In this document: in pieces, positions 25,903 to 37,540 of the stretch
Layout: each line of letters opens with the position of its first letter
How positions within the stretch are numbered: position 1 is the first letter of the stretch
From: Mobula hypostoma
Lineage: Eukaryota
Reading direction: 5' to 3'
Assembly (NCBI RefSeq): GCF_963921235.1
Contig: NC_086108.1
Coordinates: 32,924,001-32,988,000 of the forward strand
DNA: 64,000 bases
Translations under genes and position numbers: made by a program
Notes under the pieces: model-generated
The model's database searches: none
Seen by the model: only the letters and a program-made list of their open reading frames with translations
What the model was told of the DNA's origin: nothing

Positions 25903-28652
25903 CATTGAGCAACATTTGGAATATATACTGCAATTAACAAAGCGTCAGAATGTATCCCAGGTGGGAATTTTCAGTGCCAATCTTTAGGCGTGGGTTGTAG
26001 AACCATTATTGGATGAATTAGCAAAATACTGAAGATGGTTCGGCTTTCTCACAGCTCCGATGACCTGGATAATGCCTGATATTCTAAAGACTACCCATGA
26101 GTCTAGTTCCTTACCTAAAATAAAAATGGCCACATGATCAGCCTGCTCTCCCGCCATTCAGTGAAAATAAGCTGTTGCAGTGCTTCTTAGCAGAAAAGCA
26201 ATTGCTCTCCAGTTAAAGAAGATTTAATGTAATCATTGGAGATGGGTTTTATTCTCTGAACTCATTAAGCCTTCTGACTACATAGACTTTATTAACAAAG
26301 AGCTACTGGCGTTGAGCAGTTATGCTGCACAAGGGTTTAGTCTTCATACACAATAAAGAAGGTTTGAGCAAGATATTATTCATGACAATGTGCACTTATG
26401 TTAAAGTAAATCAGTGCATTATGAGCCCTCAATGAAATCTAAACATCTGTTGGTGAGGGGTTCTCATTACAGTCAACAAAACAGAATGAATCTTCCCCTA
26501 CATTAAGTGTGTTTTAGAGCTAAAAAAGCAATTGCATTATTTTTAATTGGTTAGAAATAATAGAAAAATATAAGTATTGGTTGATAAACAAGTGTTAGCC
26601 AAGACTTTAAAATTGATGTTTAACTCCTCATATTGAACAAGTAAACAGAGGCAGGGTTTCTGGTCCATCAAACTCACTAGAAGGCTTATTTCACTTGTGC
26701 CAAAGGTTCCTTAAGCAGAAACCACCTTAATTTTGAAGATGCGGAATATTGATCTATGACAAATATAGTTTATTCAATAGAAAAGATTGTTGCCTCCATA
26801 TGTTCGGTTTGCATTCAGAAATGATATTAAAGAAACATCCAGGAAAGGAGAGGGTCTATCACTTGATTTTCTAAAGATTAGCAGCAAATCTAGCTCGACA
26901 TCCAAACAAAATGAGCAGATTATCGTCCAGGCCTTCAACAATTTCCTTCAGCATAAATTGACAGTGAAACTGGCCTTATATTTAAATCATTGTTTTCTTT
27001 CCCTTCATTTATTTCTGATACTGTGGGGATGCTTTAACACATTTATTTTATTAGAATGACTTGCCCAATATTATTTGTAATGAACAAACTGTAGATGAAA
27101 AAGCACCAAAGGCAGATGGAGTAGTAAAACAGGGAGAACAAAAAGTCTGGATTTTGCATGTTGTATATATATGTAAACAGATGAGAATGCTTAGTCATAA
27201 AAGGAGATTTTAAGGGGAGTTAATGGAGAAGGATCTTAATAAAAGTCATAAACGAGAAGGTTAGAATGTTCGGAAGAGATTTCCTGAGCATGGGATCTGG
27301 ATTGCTGAAGGTGCACAAATGGCCAAATTCTGGATTATCTACTCCACTACATGGTTGGTCGATAAGCTTTAGGCTAACCTGCCAATCCACTGATATCATT
27401 AGAGTTAGGTGGTGGTGTAATGTTAAAATGCATGTGAATTTTCATTATCCTGGAGGTATTGGTTATACAACTTCAATATACAGCAGTCTTTAGATCCTGT
27501 AATATTAATATAGATTAAGCAGAAACCTTGGAAGATGGACATGGGTGAGATCAGGTCCAGCAAGGGTCCTTTCTATTCTGTGTGCAAATGTGCAGTTGAT
27601 TTTTACTACAGAGTCATAGATAGGAGAAATCCTGGTAAATCTGCAAAAAAAAAGATATTAAAATGAAAAAAATAATTGAAAGTCAGCAAATATTTTCAGT
27701 AGGTTTTTTGTGGGCAGGGATTGGTGAACAAAGTAGGAAGCATAAAGTTAGAAAATGATGGATTGTGGAGTTGCTATAATGATGGTAGTGTCAGAATCCA
27801 GCTTCGCCCAAGGTCAAACAAGATTTATTTGTATAGGGAAATAACCTGATATTACAATCAGGGGAAATGGAAAAAATAACGGTGTATTAGCCTGCTGCAG
27901 TTATTCACCATAGATGATTAAGTTGAACTCGACGGTAAGGACTTGTAGCAAATTTAGGTAAAGTTGACTGAGGCTTCAGTTTGTGCCAATGTAGGGGCAA
28001 GCTGGATCAGTGGCGGTGAGGAACTGTAACTAACCCAACTTCTAACATTTCCATTTCATGGCATTAAAATCTTACACAACCTTAATTGACTTTATTTTGC
28101 TTAGGAAATTATTTTCCCAAATGGCGGCTACCCATTGAAGAAAACATGAAGTCTAAAGGCAATTCATTGTTTTTGTTTCATTTGCTCGCTTAGTTATATA
28201 AATAATTGATTTTAAATTACAAATCCCCTTTTACTTCAATGACGTCCTCTGGTATCATACACAGAATTAATATTTTGGAAAAACTTTGTTTACATTCTAA
28301 CATGTCACTCAGAAAAGTCAACCTGTAGACATAATTGACTGCTGTGTTTTGGGTTGTTTTGGTTAATCATCTAAAGTAAATCAAAAAGGTTCCCTCATCT
28401 GAGGTTATTTTGTGATCTTGTGAAATGATTCAAAACCATGCAAAAAGACTAATTCAAAAATTATCTCCCCTTAATCCTTTTCAAATGCCCATTTTCTTTC
28501 AGCCAATACAATTCATTACCAACACTTAAGGTAGCTTACTTCCAGTCTCTTACTTCACCGACTTCCTTACCTAAAATTGTGCTTTACAATACAGTAAAAC
28601 ATATGACCATGAAAAAAATTGTTTCATTTTAATGTAATTCTGGTTAGAAAAT

Positions 28653-29203
28653 CTGTACCTAATAAAGTGGCCATTGAGTGTACATTCATGATTTTCTGCT
28701 GCTGTAGTCCATCCACTTCAAGGTCTGCATGTTGTGTTTTCAGAAATACTCTTTCGTACATGTCTGTTGTAATGTCTTTATCTGAGTTGAGTTTGAGTTT
28801 GAGTCGCCTTCCTGTCATCTTGACCCACTCTGGCCATTCTACTCTGACCTCACTCATTAACAGGTCTTTTCGCCCACAGAACTGCTGCTCACTGGATTTT
28901 TTTTTTATTTTTTACACCATTCTCTGTAAACTCTGGAGTCTGTTATGTGTGAAAATTCCAGGAGATCAGCAGTTTCTGAGATACTCAAACCACCCTGTCT
29001 GGCACCAGCAATCAGTGCACCGTCAAAGTAATTTAGATCACATTTTTTCCACATTCTGGTGTTTGGTCTGAACAACAACAGAACCTCTTGACTATTGTCT
29101 GCATGATTTTATGGATTGAATTGCTGCCACTTGATTGGTTGTTTAGATATTTGCATTAATGAGCAGGTGTACAGGTGTACCTAATAAAGTGGCGTTGAGT
29201 GTA
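28653..29203 (-). mobile_element. Non-autonomous Tc1-like DNA transposon, copy 2
   Basis: Reverse-complement homolog of 25356-25902, ending gtacctaataaagtggcgttgagtgta. Confidence 0.8.
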
Positions 29204-30116
29204 TGCTGCAATTTTGAAGTAGGTGGTGTGTATCTATGGTTGCTCTTCTATTTGGAATTTAGTTTGGCTGCATTTTAGTATCTATCACTCAGTCTGGTGT
29301 AGCACACATTTGCCTGCAGCTGTTTCAGGGTGACACAAGTATTTTGTCTAGAACTACACTGATCCAGCATATGACAGGTAAGTGAAGCAGGACCAAAGTC
29401 AACCTGCTGGAAAACTCAGTGGGTCAGATGACATTTGTGGGGGCGAAACAGTCAACTTTTCAGTTCTGAAACAAAACTAGGAAAGACAGAGATGCAGGTG
29501 ACGTGGGATTTGTTAATCCTGGGAATTCCGGAGAAAAGCAGTACATTCACATGAAGGATTATCCCAGGCAGTGTATCTAGTTACTTTCAGTGATTTGCTC
29601 ACAGACTTAAAGGGAATTGGTGTTATTTGAAAGCTTGGCTAAATCTCACAACATTTCCAATTTTCAGAAGTGGCTTTATGGTATTTGGGACTGGATTGCT
29701 TTGAATCGCTAAGGTAAGGTAATTTCAGGTAGTTTTGGTGATGCCTTGCTTTGATATTGGAACATTTTCAACACATTTAACACAGTTTACATCTTTTGTC
29801 CATTGTAATAGTATGTTTGTAGTTTGTAAAATAACAGTTATGTCCAGTTGTGACCTTCTGCAAATCCCTGAATTTCATTGCTCCATCCTCTTGAAAGCCC
29901 TGGAATTCCTTGATTAAACCTCTCAACCACTCCTCTATCTCTTCATGTAAGACATTTTTTGAATAAGCTGTTGCTTTTCATGGCATGGTATGAAACTCTT
30001 CTTTAAAAATATGTTAACCATGCTAAATAACTTACTTTTTGAAGTCAGTAAAAGGTGTGAGCTTGATAGCTTATGTCTAATGAAAGGCTACCGGGTGAAA
30101 TTCTACCAGGTATAGT

Positions 30117-30362
30117 AAACACAAGAAAGACTGCAGACACCAGAAGTCCAAAGCAACACACACAAAATACTGAGGGAAATTAGCGGGTCTGGCAGCATCA
30201 CTGGAAGTGAATAAACAGTCGACGTTTCAGGCTGAGACCCTTCTTCAGGATTGGAAAGGAAGAGGGAAGACACCAGAATAAGAAAATGTGGAGAGGAGAT
30301 GGAGAACAGCCAGAAGGTGATAGGTGAAGCTAGGTGGGCAGGAAAGATAGAGGACTGGAGAG
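30117..30362 (-). mobile_element. Penelope-like element 3' terminus
   Basis: Reverse complement of the pyrimidine-rich tail and terminus that follow the GIY-YIG region (38400-38740). Confidence 0.8.
30216..30253 (-). ncRNA. Minimal type I hammerhead ribozyme motif
   Basis: Minus strand reads CAAUC-CUGAAGA-AGGGUCUCAGCCU-GAAAC-GUC-GACUG. The CUGANGA and GAAA core and the GUC cleavage triplet are intact; stem I pairs 4/5 and stem II is short. Confidence 0.7.
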
Positions 30363-30949
30363 TCGTGCTTTGTTGGCTGACAGGTTTTCTAAGTTACAAG
30401 CTATTGATAAATCAGTCAGAAAATATTCTATTACATTTTTCTGATATCACGACATTTTTAAAGTGTTCTTTGAACTTGATGTAAAGCTTCATTTATATTC
30501 AAGGGGAAGATTTGCAGATACTGACAGTTTATTTCCAGGCAACAGTTTGCTGTTTCACAATAGAGAAAGACCTCTTGTTAATGTGATCTCAGCAGCATTT
30601 CAAATTAAGAGCATCATCTTATAAAAGGATCATGGAAGTTGAATTTCACTTGCAACAGGCAGGAAAACACCTGAATACAAATGCATCCAGAAGACTCAAA
30701 TTCGGAAAGCAAATCACAGTCCACGCATGATCGTAACTCTCTTCTCAGCTCAGACATCTCTCCATAAAAATGTAGGTTTCGAGTACTCCTACAAGGCACT
30801 GGAAGTGTGTGGTCCAAAGTCTATAATTCATATTAATATTTCCTTACATTATTGAAGAAAGGTATTTAATCCATTGAGTATGTCAGTTCACAGACTCTTC
30901 CCCACAATTCCAGCCCCTTGCCCCACTAATTGCTAATCTTCCCACGTGC

Positions 30950-31180
30950 TTATCAGTTCTCCTCAGATTCCACTTTGTACCTATGCACCCAGGGTGATTT
31001 ACAATGGCCAGTTGATTAACCAGCCTGCATGCCTTTGAGATGTGGGATGAAATCAGAGCAAATGGAGGAAGCCCATATGGTCGCAGAGGAAGCATGCAAA
31101 CTCCACGCAGGCAGTGCAGGAGCTCAGCATTGTACCCAGTCATTAGAGTTATAGAGTTGAAACTCTGCTAGTTGGACTAC
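30950..31180 (-). mobile_element. V-SINE/HE1-like SINE, antisense
   Basis: Same motifs as 15385-15568 (gagatgtgggatgaaatcagagc...gcaaactccacgcaggcag). Confidence 0.65.
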
Positions 31181-31699
31181 TGTAAGTTTTGTTTTCACAT
31201 GTCTGAATAAAACTTGTTTGCTATTGTTTAATGCATATTATATTTACCCTGTAAATATCTAAGTTTTCTTTTCCCATTGGGGCTTTAAATGCATGGTACT
31301 GTCATGCTTTTTCCTGCAAATAGTAGTCCTTTAACTCTCAGCGCAGAATAGTAGTTGAAATGTCTGCCTGTTCCTGGTGCCAGAAGTCTCAGCTTAGGTC
31401 TGTACCTGCCGCGTGTTCCTGGTGAGCATTGTACCCCACAGGAGAATGATGCTGCTTTCCACTGACTGATATAATGTCAGATAGCCTGGAGGTCACTCCA
31501 TACAGCAAGCAGAATAGCCTAGGATACTAGCATGGTGTCAGGTAGAGAATATGACTGGATGTGGATAGTGGAGAGTTGAACCCATATGTTCATGGGGTGC
31601 TAAGGAGGCATTCCTACTTCTCTGAAAAAGTTCTTCAAGGTGGGCATCCCTGGAAAAGACTTTGCAGGGTAGTAGTAAAAGTTAGTGTTTAATCTCAAA

Positions 31700-31832
31700 G
31701 AAGAGAAAATCTGCAGAGGTTAGAAATCAAAGTAATACACACAAAATGCTGGAGGAACTCAGCAGGTCAGGCAGCATCTGTGGAAAAGAGTAAACAGTTG
31801 ACATTCTGGGCTGACACCCTTCATTGGGACTG
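31700..31832 (-). mobile_element. Penelope-like terminal repeat with a degenerate hammerhead
   Basis: Minus strand 31832-31795 reads CAGUC-CCAAUGA-AGGGUGUCAGCCC-AGAAU-GUC-AACUG. The remainder matches 38660-38740. Confidence 0.75.
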
Positions 31833-32693
31833 TTATCATATTAGTCTTTAATCTCACTACCACCTTGCTGACTTGGCATGATTGCTCAACTATCCATCCA
31901 AATCCTGCCCTATGGTTACCAAGCTTTCCACCATTGTAAATAGATTCTCCTTGACCCTTTATGATTTTCACATCTAGAATGACCATCTCAATTTCTGATT
32001 TTTAACTTGGTATCAAGTGCTTGTACTTTTCCATTCTCTCCGTATAGATAATATCCCCTAGATATGTAAACCTCTGGAATTCTCTACCTTGTGGGATTGT
32101 GGAAGCTAGATAACTGGGGATATTGAAGGAGAAGAAAGCTTGGGGATTTGAGGTCTGGCCTAGAAGGGGAGTTACAAACATGCTGAAAATCCAAAGCAAC
32201 ACACAGAAGAGGAATTGATGGATGGGAAAGATCAGCTATGATCATAGATCAGCTACTGGAAAGAGGAAGGGGATGGTGTATGGGCAGCCATAGGAGGCCT
32301 GGTGGCCTACTCCTGGACCTATCATCCCTCCATTCTCCATACCTATGACATCCTGATACTTTGCTCAGGAATGGTTGTAGTGTTCTCACTGTCATCTAAT
32401 CAGTGATTTACAAACTCCTGCACTTCATAGAATCATTGAGAAGTAGGCCATTTGTCCCACCATGTACACTTAGCCAATATTAATATTTGTATTTGTCCCA
32501 TTTATCCAAATTTGGTCCATTCCCTTCAATGCTTTGGTGGTTTAAGTCCTCACCTAGATGCTTTTCAACTGCGGGAGTACCTGCCTCCACCACCACCTCC
32601 AACAGTGCTTTCTGAATAACAGTTACTCTCCATGGAAAATATCTCCCCCTCCCCCACAGATCCCCTTAAATCTATGACCTCTCAGCATATACC

Positions 32694-32940
32694 TGTTGCA
32701 TATTTAATATTCCAATAATATTCGAGTAATCTTCTGTATATAATGGGTGATTAAGCATTCTTGTTCATTTAGATAAATCTTACTGACTCTATGTAAAACT
32801 ATGTGAATTACGTACGTCATCACGCTGCCATGTGATACGTGCATGCCTCGCTTGAAGTAAAGATGAAGTTACACCTGCATTTTGGACTCCCGTGTCTTTC
32901 TCTGAATAAGTTTAATGCTTTGAAATTACAAAAAATAACA
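32694..32940 (+). repeat. 5' LTR
   Basis: tgttgcatatttaatattccaataat...tttgaaattacaaaaaataaca, homologous to 36024-36274. Confidence 0.9.
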
Positions 32941-33169
32941 TACCAACGAGGTATTTTTAAAGCAAACCTGATATGGTTGTCGACCTGTTGAAGTGCAGCA
33001 AGACGCTCGAACTAACAAAAATCGCAGTGAGTGAAAATAAATGCAGCCCAGCACATACAGAGTAGGTCTTCAGAAGGAAAGACATGATCAAGTTTATAAA
33101 AAAAACTGTAAATGGAAGAATTCAGTTTTCATAAAGAATGAGTACTGGGTGATAATAATCATCAATAAA

Positions 33170-34050
33170 GGCAGAAATAGCTGCTTTGATTACACACCAG
33201 GCAATTGGCTCATGAATACTGAGTTATTGGATCAGTATTTTGAAGCAAATGAAATAATCAATGAGAAGCGAGTTCTAATTTTGCTGAGTGCATTGGATTT
33301 AAAGGCATACAGTTTGCTTCAAAGTTTGACTGCTCCAACCAAACCAGCTGGAATGAGCTTTCCTGACATTTTCAAAGTAATGCAGGAACATTTAGAACCA
33401 AAGACATTGTTGATTGCAGAATACTTTAGGTTTCATAAGTGGAATAAAAAACAAGGGGAGTCCATTTCAGTGTATGTGGCTGAATTGCCGACCTTGAGCA
33501 TTGGCAATTTGTAATGGGCTTAATGATACACTAAGAAATTGTTTAGTTTGTGGAATCTGAAAAGAAAGCATTCAAAAATGGGTCCTAACTGATAGCACAG
33601 TTTACTGGAAGTAACTGTTTTAATGGAAACAGCAGACAGAAACGCAATTGAGTTGCAGTCAGGAATAAAAGTTAGTGTGATCAGAATTGCATCGAACATC
33701 AAATTAATTAAAATGGAATTCGACACTGGTTCAACTGTTTCAGTCATTCCACAAAATGAGACTAAAAGCCATTTCAAAGATACTAAAGTGAAGCTTCCAG
33801 ATACCAAATAAGAACTTAAAATGGAGAAAAGATAACTCCTGTGGGAATGACATTCATAACAGTGAAATACAACAACTAAAAGGCCACATTGAGTTTGTAT
33901 GTAGTAAAAACAGAAAGGCCTGCATTGTGGGGCAGTGATTGGCTGAGACAACTACAATTCGATTGGAGATCCATCCACAACTTGCATGCCACATCCCCTG
34001 CAATGGAGCCACCTGCAAACAAATGGAAAAAGATACTACTGAATGATGCC
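33170..34050 (+). pseudogene. Decayed Gypsy gag and aspartic protease
   Basis: Gag-like QYFEANEI...LLSAL...AYSLLQSLTAPTKP...EHLEPK...IAEYFRFHK...QGESISVYVAEL; protease IKMEFDTGSTVSVIP (DTG motif); PALWGSDWLRQLQFDW. Contains stops and frameshifts. Confidence 0.85.
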
Positions 34051-34055
34051 AAAAC

Positions 34056-34243
34056 TTTCTCCATCCTGAACACCATGAACTATTGCCTAACAGAAGGCAA
34101 TCAGGTGTAGGTGCCAACCTCTGTGCCGCTGGTTGGAAGGTACATTGGACCAAAGAAGGACCATGCTGCCCAGAGGACTTACGAAAGTGATGAAAGCAGT
34201 GGTTCGACTACAATAGTTTTTATTGGCAACATAGATGAGAAAG
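34056..34243 (+). pseudogene. RBM25: RBM25 processed fragment, 5' part
   Basis: From 34111: VPTSVPLVGRYIGPKKDHAAQRTYESDESSGSTTIVFIGNIDEK, versus human RBM25 as recalled VPTVSMVGKHLGARKDHPGLKAKENDENCGPTTTVFVGNISEK. The 5' boundary is approximate. Confidence 0.8.
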
Positions 34244-35297
34244 GACCCAGGCTGTAAAAATAGGGGACAAGCTCTCCTCTACAATCACTCTGAGCACCGG
34301 TGCCCCACAAGGCTGTGTATTCATCCCCCTGCTGTACCCACTGTACACCCATGATTGTGTGGCCAAGTTTCCATCAAACTCAATATATAAGTTTGCTGAT
34401 GACACCACAATTGTAGGCCATATCTCTGGTAATGATGAGTTTGAGTACAGAGAGGAAATTAAGAACCTGGTGGCATGGTGCAAAGTCAATAACCTATCCC
34501 TCAATGTCAGCAAGATGAAGGAATTGGTTGTTGACTTCAGAAGGAGTAGTGGACTGCACGACCCAATTTACATCGGTGGTGCACAAGTGGAACAGGTCAA
34601 AAGCTTTAAGTTCCTCGGGGTCAATATCACAAATGACCTGACTTGGCCCAACCAAGCAGAGTCCACTGCCAAGAAGGCCCACCAGTGCCTTTACTTCCTG
34701 AGAAAGCTAAGGAAATTTGGCCTGTCCTCTAAAACCCTCACTAATTTTTATAGATGCACCGTAGAAAGCATTCTTCTGGGATGCATCACAACATGGTATA
34801 GAAGTTGTCCTGTCCAAGACCGGAAGAAGCTGCAGAAGATCGTGAACACGGCGCAGCACATCACACAAACCAATCTTCCGTCCTTGGACTCACTTTACAC
34901 CGCACACTGTCGAAGCACCGCTGCCAGGATAATCAAAGACACGACTCACCCAGCCAACACACTTTTTGTCCCTTTTCCCTCGGGGAGAAGGCTCAGGAGC
35001 TTGAAGACTCGTACGGTCAGGTTTGGGAACAGCTTCTTTCCAACTGTGATAAGACTGCTGAACGGATCCTGACCCGGATCTGGGCCGTACCCTCCAAATA
35101 TCTGGACCTGCCTCTGTCCTTTTGCACTGCGTTACTTCCCCTTTTCTATTTACTATTTATGATTTATAGTTTAAATTTTTAATATTTACTATCGATTTGT
35201 AATCCAGGGAGCGCGAAATGTAGAATCAAATATCGCTGTGATGATTGTAGGCTCTAGTATCAATTGTTTGGCGACAATAAAGTAAAGTAAAGTAAAG
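34244..35297 (+). mobile_element. Young 5'-truncated Rex1/Babar LINE inserted in the RBM25 fragment
   Basis: Uninterrupted 237-aa ORF with YKFADDTT and ...RFGNSFFPTVIRLLN, a (TAAAG)n tail, and AAAG at both junctions (34240-34243 and 35294-35297). Confidence 0.92.
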
Positions 35298-35719
35298 CTT
35301 CTGCTGTGCTTAGCAGGCAGTTACTTGTGAAATGTGGCATGGTTTAAGCTGGAAGGTAGTTCAAGGAGCTTCAGGAAAATTGCAAGCACATGTCTTTTGT
35401 GAGTATAAAGAACCAGAATCTACTCTACGTGCATTAAGGTTATTGCATGAATTTCAAGTGGGAGACAAGATGCTACTTGAAAAGTAGATGCAATGACCAA
35501 GCCCAGTTGGATGAATGGAGGGCAAAATAGAAAGGAGTCAATAGGGAAACGAAAACAAAGGATTTGACAGATGATGTTGTGGATGTAGAAACAATGAGGA
35601 GAAATCAATTCATAAAGGGAGCAACAGAAAGATTAATAAGAGAATATTCCAGTGAACTAAATGGACCTTCCTACAATCAAAATGCACAAACTAGAAGTAA
35701 ATGGAAGGAGAAGGAAGAT
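35298..35719 (+). pseudogene. RBM25: RBM25 processed fragment, 3' part (RRM and downstream helix)
   Basis: Manual translation across frameshifts gives ASAVLSRQLLVKCGMV/SWKVVQGASGKLQAHVFCEYKEPESTLRALRLLHEFQVGDKMLL/KVDAMTK/QLDEWRAK*...IKGATERLIREYSSELNGPS...KEKED, matching RBM25 FCEYKEPESTLRALRLLH and LIREYSSELN. Confidence 0.9.
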
Positions 35720-36023
35720 GGCTACTGATGTCAGAGCCAATTCCTACAGTCTCAGAGTCAACTCCTCAAACCACCATGGAGGAGGCCCCAGAACCTCAGT
35801 TTGTTTCACAACCACAAGTCTCACCTGCCAAGCAGAGTGACCTCCCTCATCAGGAAAGACATTATCCAGCAGGAGTAAGAAATCCTCCACAGCGATTAAA
35901 TCTTTAGGCCTGATTGAGACTGTTTGGATGTCTGTATATAGTAGCTGTATTATATAATATACTGTGTACATAGTTGAGATACATTTTACATTGAGCTGGA
36001 GGTTATAGCTAAGCAGGGAGGAG

Positions 36024-36274
36024 TGTTGTGTATTTAATATTTCAATAATATTTGAGTAATCTTGTATATATATATATATGTTAATTAATCATTCTTGTTC
36101 ATTTAAATAATTAATTGGGTTACATGTAAAACTACATGAATTGCATATGTCATCACGTTACCACGTGATACGTGCCTGCCTCATTTAAAGTAAAGGGGAA
36201 GTTACACCCACATTCCCAGAGTCCGCTGTCTTTCTTTGAATAAGTTTAATGCTTTGAAGTGACAAAATATAACA
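36024..36274 (+). repeat. 3' LTR
   Basis: tgttgtgtatttaatatttcaataat...tttgaagtgacaaaatataaca, preceded by a polypurine tract. Confidence 0.9.
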
Positions 36275-37053
36275 ACATATATGCCCTATTATTTTAGAAA
36301 CACCTGGATGAAAACACAATTCTTATGATCTACCTTCTGGATTCGCCTCATAATTTTGTACATCTCTATAATATTACCTCACCAGCTTCCTCCACTCAAG
36401 AGGAAATCAACTCAGCCTATCCAATCTCTCCTTATGACCAAAACACTCCATCCCAGGTAATATCCAATTGAATGCCCTCTACACCCCCTCTACTGCTATC
36501 ACATCCGCCCTACAATGTGTTGACTGGAACTATTTTTTATCTCTCTTAGTTTCTAAAATGCATAGCAGTGTAGAGTTTGATAGGTGGATTGAATTAAAAT
36601 CAGCCGATAAGAATGGTGCTCTAACTGGTTATTTATTATGTTCTTGTCGAGAAAGTTACAGAAATAGCTTAATTTGGGTTTGGCAGTAAATTGAGATACT
36701 AATTATCCCTTCCACTGAGATTACAACTAATTCATTGCATGCACAGCAAATGACTAATGCTGTGTAAGAGCAAGGCACGTTACCTCCAGATACATGGGGC
36801 AGAAATGATTTTATTCGTTTCTTCCCCTGCTATTCAGCTTGACGTTTTAGCAGCTTTTGGAACATTGCTTCCTGCAGAGCTCATGCTTCGTACATTTTGC
36901 TGCAGTGTACCCAGGTATTCAACATGTTGCTTCACACACTGGCATCTGCACAGGAAAATGGTCTTCAACAATAACCATGTATAGGATTATAACGTGGGCA
37001 GCAAGCTGTAATTTACCAATGGATATCAAATAAAGGCAAGTAGGCCACACTAA

Positions 37054-37438
37054 CCCTCCAAAAGGACTAAAACCTCGTCGTGGTTTGGAAGGTTGCATGC
37101 CTCAATGACCCAGAGAGCTACGTTGGCAGAAGTCAGGGCTTTATGTGAGGTCAAAGGGCAGAGGACAGACTAAGAGTGATCCACCAGTCCTCTAGGTTTG
37201 AGGGTTCAGCTTAGGGCTAACAAGCCTGATTGGTAAAAAAAATTGTTACGGAATCAGCAATGAAGAATCCTTCTACATCTGAGTGCGACGGTACCCCTGA
37301 GTCTCCGTGCAGGACTTGCATGACTGACAGTAGTGAAAACCTAATGGAAGCCTTTGACACAATGAAGGAAGCCCTGAACACCTCCAGAGATGGAGAACCT
37401 TCATTGCTGTCCTAGACGTGAGCTGTGTAGTGGGCAGT
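37054..37438 (+). mobile_element. Bipartite non-autonomous RTE-clade element (5'UTR fused to 3' end)
   Basis: Flanked by a 16-bp imperfect direct repeat (aagtaggccacactaa 37038-37053; aagaagtccacactaa 37439-37454). The 5' part cgtcgtggtttggaaggttgcatgcctcaatgac resembles RTE 5'UTRs. Confidence 0.6.
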
Positions 37439-37540
37439 AAGAAGTCCACACTAATGGCCAATAGTTAAACACAATGCATTCTTTGTACAACAATAATGAG
37501 ATTTTAAAATTCAATGCAATCTGCAATCTGGAACAACAAA

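Larger units (their letters stand above)
32694..36274 (+). mobile_element. Internally deleted Gypsy (Ty3) LTR retrotransposon carrying a captured RBM25 fragment
   Basis: Direct-repeat LTRs with TG...CA ends, degenerate PBS-like taccaacgagg after the 5' LTR, PPT aagcagggaggag at 36011-36023, gag and protease remnants, and the pol C-terminal tail ERHYPAGVRNPPQRLNL. RT, RNase H and integrase core are absent. Confidence 0.88.
32426..36530 (-). mobile_element. Old CR1 3' fragment split by the Gypsy insertion (pieces 32426-32693 and 36275-36530)
   Basis: Antisense CR1 motifs continue across the LTR element (...tccccttaaatct...acc | ...tatgccc...cagcctatccaatctctcc). Confidence 0.6.

Noticed and set aside
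34056..35719. RBM25 as a functional gene or Gag-RBM25 fusion protein
   Set aside because: It is partial, has frameshifts and stops, and is interrupted by a LINE. The upstream gag-protease is also broken.
32686..36282. Target-site duplication for the Gypsy element
   Set aside because: The flanks (...atacc and acata...) do not give a clean 4-5 bp match, so none is claimed.
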